DNA from: Psammoneis japonica
Lineage: Eukaryota
Direction of reading: 5' to 3'
Length of the DNA: 64,000 nt
Assembly (NCBI GenBank): GCA_008632985.1
Contig: QPGO01000052.1
Coordinates: 124,001-188,000 of the forward strand
The notes under the pieces: generated by a model
The model's database searches: none
What the model was told of the DNA's origin: nothing
Seen by the model: only the letters and a program-made list of their open reading frames with translations
Shown here: positions 26,500 through 37,549 of the stretch, one piece after another
How positions within the stretch are numbered: position 1 is the first letter of the stretch
How the letters are laid out: each line of letters begins with the position of its first letter
Made by a program: the position numbers and the translations under genes

Positions 26500-28290
26500 G
26501 CTCACTGCTGTTCCCTGGTGATCCATGATACAACCCCTGCTTCCTGCTGACCCAAGAGTGAACCAATCCAATCACAATGAGGGTGAGGAGGACAACCCCG
26601 AACAAAACAATTCCACCCTGGCCCAAAATGAAAACTCTCAAGAAGACCATGGCCCATCTGGAAACAACTCTGATGCTGCTCCAGTGACTGGTGCTCCAAA
26701 GGACAATCAGAGCTCTTGGAACACAGAAACCTCCACCTCAAACCCACCCCCCAGGAGATGGTTCAGCAACTCATGCTGGCGGTTCAGGCTGCACCCAGGA
26801 CCCACTGACACAGGTGCATGCTCATCATCAAGTTCATTGCCAAGAAGGACAGGAGTGAGGCTAGAAAATGCCATCAGGATGTCCTGGCAGAGAACTGCTC
26901 CAGGAAGTGGACACATCACACATGCCATGCCCATGAAGAGAGGGCTTGAACAAGAAGCCACTGACAAAACCACAAGAGCCACCCAAGAATGATGCACAGA
27001 TGAGGGAGCACTTTCACAAGTGCTGTGTCACCCAAAAGGAGGTGGAGGCTTTTCACAACAACTTCATTAGAAGCAACAAGTCCCACAACACCATCATGGA
27101 GGAGGTTGACCACTTCTTCCAGGACAACGATGTCAGACTGTACCCTGGCTCAGTGCCACTTCCACAGGAGCTCTCCAAGCTGGGTTGGCTGCTTTGTTCC
27201 TTTGAGGACCACAACCGTGAAGCCCACAAGGTTGTTTTCCAGGAAGCCGTGGGCCAGGAGGCAGGCTTTAGATGGAGAAATGTCAATGTGCAGGAACCAG
27301 GCCAGAGGCGGGACATGAAGACAAACAAAGTCTGTGCTTTCGAAGCCAAAGCTGAAGCCAATTCCAAAAAGGAACACCAAGGCAGGAAGGCTCTGCAGCG
27401 TGTTTGCTCCTCAAAAGCAAAAGATAGATTCCCTTCAGGCCAATGCTGCCATTTCGTTCCAAGCTGTAGAAACATCTTCAATGACTGGTCAAAATGGGGT
27501 GCACAGATGCTGCGAGCTGGGTGAGACACTTTTGTCAGGATGATGAGAAGCAATGACTGCTGCCAGGAATCAATGGACCAGATCTTTGAACTTGGCTGCA
27601 AATCTGAAAGTCAGCCAAACAGCAAATCCTTGTGTGAGGCAACAATGCAGATGGATTCCAACAAGCACCCAGGAGAGAAACTTTTCCCAGTCATCAACAA
27701 GCACAAGAAAATGCCGGGATGCACAAAATTCAACTTTTTGCCCAAGCTGTCCAACAAAGCAACAGGAAGAGAATCACCAGTCTCCTGCCACTCTTAAAGC
27801 ACCACCACTCAGATGAGCAACACCATCTGAACTTCATGACTGCTGCCAACAAGCTGGCAGACTCTCTCATCTTTGATCCTTCCAATGGCGCAGCAGCAGC
27901 AACTGAGGAAGACCTCACCCCAGCTGAGTTGCTTGAAGGAGACAAGGATCTTTAATTCACAAACTTCACAGACAGATCCAAGCCTGGGGCAAGCAACAAA
28001 CCCAAGCTGCCTGAACAACCAGCCCCCAAGATGCATTGAAGCCAATGTGATTTCTGCCCGGATGTCACCAACAAATCTGTGGCCACAATGGGCTCAAATT
28101 GCCCATTGGAACCAGGCCTCATCAACTTAATTCACCAGCTTCAATCAACGCAAAGCACACCCACCTTAGCTGCAGATGAACCAGAACAGATGCAAACACA
28201 GACAGCTGAGATGGAAGCCACCATCAGGAACCTTCAAGTTGCAGACAGCTTCATGTTTTTCTCCCTCACAGCCAGGCAGTCTCTGAGCTC
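26500..28290 (+). mobile_element. Probable decayed ORF1 of a diatom-type non-LTR (LINE) retrotransposon
   Basis: LGWLLCS...GFRWRNV...VCAFE...CSSKAKDRFPSGQCCHFVP and SLCEATMQMDSNKHPGEKLFPVINK resemble diatom LINE ORF1 blocks (GWLLYS / GLRWR / FP.G.RMRFVP). Recognised from memory only; no ORF2 seen. Confidence 0.55.
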
Positions 28291-29959
28291 TTGAGTCCCC
28301 CCTCCTTTGCAGCCATGCAGGCTCTGAACTCTTTCCTCTCCTCCTCCATCCCTTTCTTGGCCAAAGGCACCTCTTCACTTGATGTGCTCAAGATGCTCAA
28401 AAATGAAAAAAAAACATTGTCAAGCAACTTGTCTTCCTTCTCTGCAACCAAGCAATGCTGCAACAGGTTTCCTCCTTTGCACTTGCCATCATTTGTCATC
28501 ATTTAAAAGCCACCCTTCCTCAGCTCATGCCTGCAATGGTGTTGTTTCTTTGGCATGCACAGGAAAGTCAGTGACTGTGCTGCGTGCTGGTCCTGTGCAC
28601 ACCAAAAGTGAGAAAGATGGGTGACTCTCTTTTGTCAAGACCAAATGGTTCCACCAAATGGCTTGCCCTCCCAAATTTCTTCATGGTCATCCTTGAAATC
28701 TCAGCTCTGCCAATCCTCTTGGGTGGTGAGATCATTGCTCTCTGAAAAGGTGTGCTTGCACATTGGGTTTGTCATCTCCAAAAAAGGGAGCCAAGCAGCA
28801 TGTCTCATGGGACAGGGAACAAATTGTTGTTTCTTGTTGACCACTCCAGAGCATGCTCCAGTTTTCAGCTGTTGTGGTCAGCGTGTGCAGTCAACACCAG
28901 CCACATGCAGCATGCTGAGTTTTGTGCTTTGCTTGTGCACGTGGAATGATTTGTAGAAAGGACATGCAAATGGCAGAGTTGCTGGGACCAATCATTTCTC
29001 TCCTTTTAGTTTGCTGCACTGTGCAAGCATGCATCATGGCAGCACAGGGGGGCCTGTGGATCAACAACTCAGGCCATTGAGGACACAAAGATGATGACAC
29101 ATGCAGGCACAGCAATGCAGGCACAGCATGCACATGTGCACACATGATGACATGCAGACAATGTCAGAGCCAAGAAACTTAAATGCAGCTGATTCAAGGA
29201 TGAACAATCAGCTCTTGGCAAATTTTTAAACAGCTCATGCTTTGTTCATGTTGTTTTGAATGCCTCTCTTGAGTTCCCCCAAACACTTGGAACAGATCCA
29301 CTGCCCACCAGGGCTGCAACACCTTCCATGCAATGTGTGCTGATCAACCTTCAAATTCAAAATGCCAATTTTTGAATTTACCACAGCTGTCACATTCAAC
29401 AAGCAAACCACTGTTTTTTGCCAAAAATGCACTGATTGTGGTTGGACAAGGCACAACTTCCCAGGAAATGCCAACAGCTGGCATTTGACCGGCTGCAGAT
29501 GACATGTCCAGAGTTGCCAAGCTGAACATGATGCATGGCCATGATCATCATCATCAGTGGACTCTTTGTTGTTTTGCAAATGGACAAAAGTTGGCTCATT
29601 GTTGAAATTTATTTGGCAAGCACATGTGATGATGCATCTGGTTTTTTTCAAAACTTGTGCAAATTCTGAATGAAGCCAGCTGTGGGCCAAATCAACACAG
29701 CCTCATTGCAGCCCATGGTGCAAATCAACAAGAGAATTTCCACATTTCCTGCTCACACCACTCCATTTTCTAGAGACAAACCAGCCTCACAACAACTTTC
29801 ACAAAATGCAGCTTTGGCACCCTCTGCTGTTTCCCCATGTCATCACCTGACAGTGCACCAGGCACAGTGGTGTTGCTCCCACAAGTGCCCAAGGTTGTGA
29901 TGTCAGCCACACCAACAACAAATCAACCAATCATGAATGAGCAGGTTGAGCCACATGAA

Positions 29960-30230
29960 CTCTGCTGAAATGTCTGGAGAAGAAGGCATTGTCAAAAAGA
30001 GAGTGCTTGACATGTGAGCTCAGGAACTTGCCAGAGCTGATGCTGACAGCCCAATGCACAAGCTGAATGTTCTGCACTTTTTTGCCAGTGTGTGAAGTGC
30101 ACACCCAGTCATTGTGTCTGTGCAGTGCAGGCTGGCTCCCGCTGTGTCATGGCAGGGCAAAATGACACATGTGTCTTGACATTGGCAGTGGACTTCCCAG
30201 GCAATGGCCAAACATGAAGATCAAGCCGCA
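29960..30230 (+). mobile_element. Gypsy-type gag fragment, copy 1 (heavily decayed)
   Basis: gagctcaggaac...atgctgacagccc...gcacttttttgc is homologous to 31180-31460. Confidence 0.5.
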
Positions 30231-31149
30231 GCACAGCTGTTGGAACATTCTCAAGATTTGCTCAAGAACAGCAGCACCCATGAGCTTGCTGATTTTTTCA
30301 GTTTGAACACTTGCAAGTTTAGCCTTCATGTCATTGCTTTTTCTTTGGAGTCTGCAACATGCTTTGATCAGGGAACAGGATGGGGGGTGTTGGCACACCA
30401 AGAGCACAGAGATCCACATCTTGGACCAGCAGATCAAGTCCATGAGATGACTCTTCTCACTCATCTCACAGACATGCAGTTGCCATGGCCACAGCTGGCT
30501 TCTTGTGTGTCTGACACCCCAGTTCCACAGTTTGAGCAATTTGAGGGCCTGGGACCAACTGACACACTGACTCCAGCTGCTGACAGTTCTTGCTTTTGCT
30601 GCACACTCAAATGCATTTTCATGTGAGCTGTCCTTGCCGCACATTTGTGATTCCACTTTTTCTGTTCACAGCCCAAATGTGTGCCTGCTGCAGAGTCCAT
30701 TGTCCTTTCTTTGAATTTTCTTTTGTCTGACCCCAAGGTGACACCAAAGCAGCTTGTCACATCAAACCACTTTGCAGCTTCTTGTGAAGCATGATTTCAC
30801 TGCTTTGGGCCATGGTGGTCAGGGACACCACCCCCTGACCATGCCAGGTGCACACAACTTGTGTTGTTGCAACTGGAAATGAGATGCACTTGGGCTGCTT
30901 TTCCACTGCTTTTTGGCTGGCAGTTTGAACTCAGGTGGCTCATCATCACCAGCAGGCATCAACTGATCAACAATTGACAAGCACTCACTCAACACTCACC
31001 TTCATCACAGAATCCTTGTCTTTTCTTGGTGTTTTTTGGCATGAATTGACCTCTGAAGCTGCAGGATTCTTGTCTGCCAACTCCCTTCTTTTGCACACAT
31101 TCATGCAAGTGTGCCAGGTTTCAACGCCACAGTTGATGAACTGACCAAT

Positions 31150-31460
31150 CATGAAGAAGTGGAGTGAGCTGCCAATTCCTTTGCAACATCTGGAGAAGAG
31201 AAGGCACTGTCAAAAGGTGAGTTTGACATTTGAGCTCAGGAACCCTCCAGCCAATGCTGACAGTCCTGTGCTTGAACTGAGTTTTCAGCACTTTTCTGCA
31301 GGTGCATGTGAAGAGCACCTGTTGTTCCTGTGCAATGTGCAAACCATGTTGTGGCAGGGTAAAACATTCTTGCCCTTTGTCTGGAGAAGCATCAGGAGCC
31401 TGTGCACCAGCTGCTTGAAAGCAGCACCTGGACCATGTTTGAGATGATGCATCTAAAGAA
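31150..31460 (+). mobile_element. Gypsy-type gag fragment, copy 2
   Basis: FELRNPPANADSPVLELSFQHFSAGACEEHLLFL resembles diatom Gypsy gag FKLR.NP.DADSP.YE....F..GT.EEWL.F. Confidence 0.55.
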
Positions 31461-33432
31461 CACATTGAATGGAGACCAGTGCATCATTTGAGGTGTGCAT
31501 CAAGTTGAAGTTGCCAAAGACAAGTGGGAGGAAGGTCATGCCAAGCTTCTTCCAGGCAACAAAGCTGCAGAGCAAACAGCCCTTGGTGTTGGTGCCTGCA
31601 GCAGCAGCCGGTGGAGGTGCAGAACTTGAGGCACAAGACAACTTCATGCATGGAGCATCACAAACACATCATCCCAACATGCAAAAGATTGGAAATGCAC
31701 CAGGATGGAAGAAGAGAAAAAAGTCTCAACATGGACTGTTGTGGTGTCACAACCATCTGAGATTGCCTTGATCACAGCTTTCTAAAGATTGGCATGGTTT
31801 GGACAAATTGAAGAAGCTTCAGGAGCAGCCACAAAGAGAGAGCTTTGTCCACAATCAATCAAATCTGTTCAAGATCTTCAGTCAGTGCAGCTTTGGCGGT
31901 GACAAGGTCATGAACGCTGAGTTGTCACCAGCAGATGCAGCCCATTGCCAGTTGCAAGCAAGTGAGCTGCTGCAAAACTTTGAGAAACAAGGCTGATGAG
32001 CTTTTGCAAGGACAAGCAACGTGCACATTTGAAATCACACAAACAAGCTGTGCAAACATGGTGTGTGACTTTGACTCCAACAAATTGTTCACAGAGACCA
32101 CGCCAGCTTTCATGGCTCCGATTGCAGCAGATTTGATTGACCTTGAGTTCTTCCACAAGAGAAATGTGAGATGTCCAAAATGGTGTCAAGCTGACAACTG
32201 TTAAAACAGAGGCTCTTCCATGAGTTAAACATGGTTGTTGCTGACATGGTTTTTGGACCAGCAGATGGCAATGAGGACTGCCCTCCTCCCTGCAACAGCT
32301 CATCAACATGCCACACCATTTGTTGTTCCACACCTTGCTTCCAGGCTGTGGCTTTGTCAAGCAGCAGCTGCTTTTGCTCTGTTTCAAAGCTGCAAACTGT
32401 TTTGTGGTGTGTGATGGAATGATGAGTCTGCCCTCAAACTTGCAAGTCCATCCTCTGAACCAGGTTTGACAGGTGATGCAGCAAAAAGCTTCCAAAGAGA
32501 CAGCTTGCCCCACTTGCAGCAGCATGTGAGTGAAGCTGTGGGCAGAGAGCAGGGCACAGTTCCCAGCAGCTGGTGAGAGTGAGGAGCTGACAAAAGCTTG
32601 TGGCTGGCTGGGAGTGTCATGAGAGGGCCCATGGAAGAAATCTGGAGTGCTGCAAAAGGAGGCATCAGCAACAGCCAGATGGAGAGCTTGGCAAGCCCAA
32701 CAAAGCTGTGCAAAGGGCAGAGGTCACCAAAAGTGACAGCTCAGAGGAGCTCATGTTCAGAGAATTCTTAAGTTGCTGCTGTCAGATGATGGTGAGGGTG
32801 CACTCATTGAGTGTGTCACAGCAGGCCAGGAGGAGATGCCTCTTCCCTCATCTCAGTTTCTGTGTTGCATCTGAGTTCTGTTCAGGGTGCATTTTAAACA
32901 TCCCTTCCACTGAACCACTGTTTGTGTGAACCACAGCAACATTTTTTTATTTTGTCCATGGTGTGCTCCTGCATGGTGGTTGCACAGAGCCCATGTGCTT
33001 TTTCTCAACACCAGGAGTGCCCCCATGGCATTTTGTCTCTTGTTCAGATGAGTCAACACATGTTTGTCAAACACAAAAATGTCACAAGGACAGCCTGAGG
33101 ACATTTGAAGACAACTGGCTGTGTTTCTTGAAACAACAAAGATCAAACACAACAAAGTTCCAGCCTGCAGAGTCGCAAGTCAAATGCCAAGTGTGATTCA
33201 TGGATGATGCTTCCAGTCATCAATCTCTGCTTCTGGAAGAAATGTCCATTGAGTCTTCTGGCAACAGCAACCAGAGTGACACACAAAACCGTCAGGTCAA
33301 AATGCAATCTCCAGTCAATTGTGATTGTCATCCTCTGCACTGCATTGTGATGACATCCCATCCTGCAGTGATCTTCTGTGCTGCAATCCTGTCCTTGCAG
33401 TTGATCTTTTGTGTCAAATCCTCATCCAGCAT

Positions 33433-36400
33433 CATGTCTGATTCTGATGCCACTGCTCCCAGAAAGGATCTGGAAATGTTCAAGAAGTTTGCCGAGGCTT
33501 TTGCAGCCATGCAAGCATCCAACGCACATCCACCCATCCCAACCCCCATCCATGGTGAATTGCATCCCTCTTGTGGCATGTGCCTTGGTGGGGCTCTTCT
33601 CTTGATGACACTCTCAGCATTGCCATCCAAAGGCTGTCAAGTCCATCAAGCAATCCCTTTGTGAACAACTTGCTTCAGCAACTGTCTCAAAGTTCATCAG
33701 TCAAATCAAGCTGTCCAACGGTCCAAGCACCAAACTGGACAAGAAAGACTTTGTCAAAACCATCCAAGACCTTGTCAGTTGCACGGGCAAGAAATTTTCT
33801 GCCATTGAAAGAGGACGTCTGTCAGCAAGGTTGTTTGTCTGTTAGACTCCCTTCATGCCATCTCTGTCAGCAACCTTCTTGAGAAGGAGTGCAAGTCTTG
33901 TAATGCTGCTTCAGGTGACAAAGGCTGTGACAATTACAAGAAGGACAATGTCGGTCTCTCTCAACTCCAAGTCAAGTCTCAAATCACGGAAACGTCCTGC
34001 AAGAAGATCAAAGTCAAGTTCAACCACATCAAGGACTTCAAGGATCTTCCAGGGTCAGTGTTGTTTGTGATGGCTCTGGACACTTGCAATGCAAGTGCTC
34101 TTGTTGATGTCAAGTCCACCAAGGAGAAGCTCAAGGCACTGTTGCTCAAGTTCCACCCTGGCAAGGATTGCACTGAGCTTGTGGCCAAAGCTCTTCCTCT
34201 GGCCAAGATTGTGAAGATGGACTGTGTGCTGCTGGTTGACACAGGTTCTGCCATTTTAACCAAAGCATCCAAGACTTCATCCAAGTTCTTTAATCATCAA
34301 GCATTCTTGAAGATGGATGATGTTAAGAAGATGGAACACAAAAGTGTTGTCTCTGCAACCTGGCTAAAGTGCCAAACCACTCTGACTGCACAATTTCAGG
34401 GCCTGTTGGCCACATTGGCTGGATTGCCATGACCCATGACAAGCTCATCAGTGATGAAGACTGGCCTGCCTCAACAGCTAAACTCCCCGAGTCGAGCAAC
34501 ACTTCCATCAAGGACAAGCACTCACCAAGCATGCGTGTTCTGCATGTGAGAAAGAGCACATGGCAGTGCAGAGGGTGAAAGCAGATGAGTCCAAGAACAA
34601 CACAAAGAAGACAGACAGGGGCTCACCATCTCCAAAACCAAAACCTTCCAAGCCCACCTGGCATTTCGTGAACAAGGAACCCACCCTCACTGATGACAAA
34701 GGCATGCTCTGGAAATTGTGTGACAAGTGCATCAACAAGGAAACCAGTGAGATGGGCATGTGACAAGGCCATTCAAGTGCTGAACACACCAGCAAATTTT
34801 CACCCACCTCCAGTGCCGCTGCTTCAGCAAATCTCTCTGCTGCAAATGATCCTTCTGTGGGTGTCCCATTTGGTCCTCCTGAGCAAACAACGGCTCCACC
34901 GATGGACAAGGACTCTGACGCCAATGAAGAACTTGTCCATTGTGGCATGTGGTGTGCTCCTGTTGACAATGCTGTGGGCAGCCCTCCTGTGGTCATTGCT
35001 TCTGCATCTTTCACTCCTGCTCCAATGGCCAAGAGGGAAACTGCCATGGCCACACCTGCTCCAATCTTGGTCAAGACAGTTGACCCCAAAGACACTGACA
35101 ATTTCCACAAGCTCTCCAATGCTCTGTCCTCTTTTAACTTGGAACTGCCAGCTCTTGAGTTGTTTTCAGCCTGCACACTGCATGAGAGATCAAGAATCCA
35201 GTTGTGTTTCATGACGCCACATCAAGTCACATGGAAGGACTGTCAGACAGCATGTTGGCTGACCTTGTGCATGAAGCAAGCAACCCAGCATCTTTTAATG
35301 ACACCTGTGAGAACTCACCTCCAAGCATCCACCATCACTGGTTTGACTTCTGTGATTCTGTGACCCTGAAACCACTTCTGTCATCAATGACTTGCCGGGC
35401 CCCTGCAGATCCCAGACAATCCACTCACGCTCAGAGGCATGGACTGCTTTCAAACTGCCTCCACCGGACACACCTGATGTCCACATTGAAGTTCCCAATG
35501 CACCTGATGACCCTCCAGTCCTCTGCCTGTGCTCCTGCAGAACTGCCACCAGGGTTAAAACCACCACCTGCCGTCACTCTGCCTGAACCTGCTCCTCCAA
35601 CAATGCCAACAACACCGGAATCTCCTCCTGCCACTTCTCCAGAGTTAGCTCCTCCACTGTGCTGTTCAAGTTGATCAAACAAGGGTCAGTTGCTGTCTGA
35701 AAGGTTCATGGACAAAGTCTTCTTTGCTCCAGCAAACTCAAAAGATGAGCTGCTTGGGACTGCAGCTCAGTTGGTGCATCTTGCTGCTCTGGACACCTGC
35801 ATTGATTTGCAGACCTGAAACTTTGATGATCCCAGGGTTTGCGCAAAGGGTTTGTGCAACTGCAAAGAAACACAAGGACCCTGATGTGCCATCCCTGCAT
35901 GAAGCTGTGTGCAGCCACAGGGCCAACAAATGGGTCCATGAAGATTGAGATGAATGCGCTGCTCCACTCGTGCATGGGAAATGGTGCCAAGGACTGATGA
36001 CATGAATGCATTGCCTGGCACATGGGCTTTCTGGCTTAAAAGACTTTCTGATGGTGCACCCTTGAAGCACAAAGCCCAGTGTTGTGTTCATGGTGATTTG
36101 CAGATGTGCAAGGTGTTGATTGTTTTAAGACCTGTGCGTCATGCAATGGTCATTAATTTGGCTTCTCCTCACAATGGTGCTCAAAGAAGGTTGGACCACT
36201 CATCAAATTGACTGTGTTTCCAAGCTGATGTCAAGGAGAAAGTCTGTGTGGAGCCTCCTGAGAGTTTTCAGCAGAAATCAGGTGCTGACTTGGCACCAAA
36301 ATTGTTGAAAGACCTGCATGGACTCTGCCAGTCTCCCAAGTGCTTCTGTGAAAAGCTGCACCATGGATTGATTGAACAAGGATGGATTCAGTCTGCTGTT

Positions 36401-37540
36401 GACCCTTGCATTTGTTTCAAGAAGGGCATGTTGTGCATGGCATGTGTTGACAATGACTTGTTCACCGGAGTGTCATCTGTAGAACTTGAAGCTGAGATTG
36501 CCAAATTGGGTGTTTCCAATGATGAGCAATGCCATGCATTCAACCTGCATGATGCAGGCAAAGTCGGCAACTTTTTTGGCATCAAGAAGATCCAGAAACT
36601 CAAGGATGGCTGCTTTCTGCCAACCCAACCTGGCCCAATTGAGAAAGTGCTGCATGCCACCCAGACAGAAAACTGCAACAGAGCTCCTGCTCCCACACTT
36701 CCTGCACCTGCTGGCAGTGGTTCTGAAGGCCCATCATTCGATGAACCTTGTGGCAACTGTCGGCCCATGGTCGGCATGTTGACACATCTGGCATCCAACA
36801 GCCACCTGGACATTGCCTGTACCACCCACCAAGTTGCTCAGTTCTCCTTTGCTCCCAAGGCCTCCCATGCTGTTGAAATCAAGCACATTCTTTGGCACTT
36901 GAAGGACACTGCTGACAAGGGTCTCATCCGAGCACCCACTGCAGATCATTGGCTTGATTGTCATGTTGTTGCTGATTTTGCAGGACTCTTTGGCATTGAA
37001 GATGGACAAAACCACACTTCTGTCAAGTCACACACCAGTTGTGTTGTTTGTTGTGGCAGATGTCCCATCATCTGGGTGTCCAAGCTGCAGACCCTGGCGG
37101 CACTTTCTGGGATGGAAGCCAAGCATGTTGCACTCTCCCAAGCAATGTGCGATCTCACCCCCCTTTGCAAGATCTTGAAGGAAATTAACACACACATCTT
37201 TGCACAACCGGATGCTCACAACAAGGCAGCTGCCCACTCCGAGGCCTTCCTGCAGGCCAACGACAGCACCGATTCCTCACCCATCAATGCTGCCAACCTG
37301 TCAGCATCTGTTGTGCATGAAGACAATGCTGCTTGCCCCCAGCTTGCTTGCATGCCTAAATTGTCCCCATGAACCAAGCCCATCGGCATTCCATGCCACT
37401 GGTTTTGCACTGGGGTTGAGGCTTTGGAGATCAAGATTGAGCCTGTCAGCTCTGCTGCACAGCTTGTCTGCCATTTTGCTAAAGGATTGGCCACTGATGT
37501 GTTCTGAATTGGTCGTAAAGCCCTCATGGGCTGGTGGCTG
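33433..37540 (+). mobile_element. Decayed Ty1/Copia (CoDi-like) element: gag, Pro-rich linker, RT and RNase H; protease and integrase not seen; no LTR recognised
   Basis: Gag knuckle WKLCDKC...HSSAEH (about 34710-34790); KDPDVPSLHEA; MNALPGTWAF.LKRLSDG...KHKAQCCVHGDLQ; LHGLCQSP; QSAVDPCI; ACVDNDL; CHVVADFAG; WVSKLQTLAALSGMEAKHVALSQAM; VHEDNAAC; ends RKALMGW. Confidence 0.93.
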
Positions 37541-37549
37541 TCACCGCGT

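Noticed and set aside
28300..33100. Additional transposase or LINE ORF2 remnants
   Set aside because: Apart from the two gag-like fragments, no diagnostic motif could be read with confidence.
33150..33430. 5' LTR and primer-binding site of the Copia element
   Set aside because: No partner LTR and no convincing PBS recognisable after erosion.
8201..37500. Classical fungal RIP, or an alternative genetic code, as the explanation
   Set aside because: RIP raises TpA and AT content, whereas TpA is lost here. Changes occur in all frames and in non-coding repeats, with frameshifts, so recoding does not fit.
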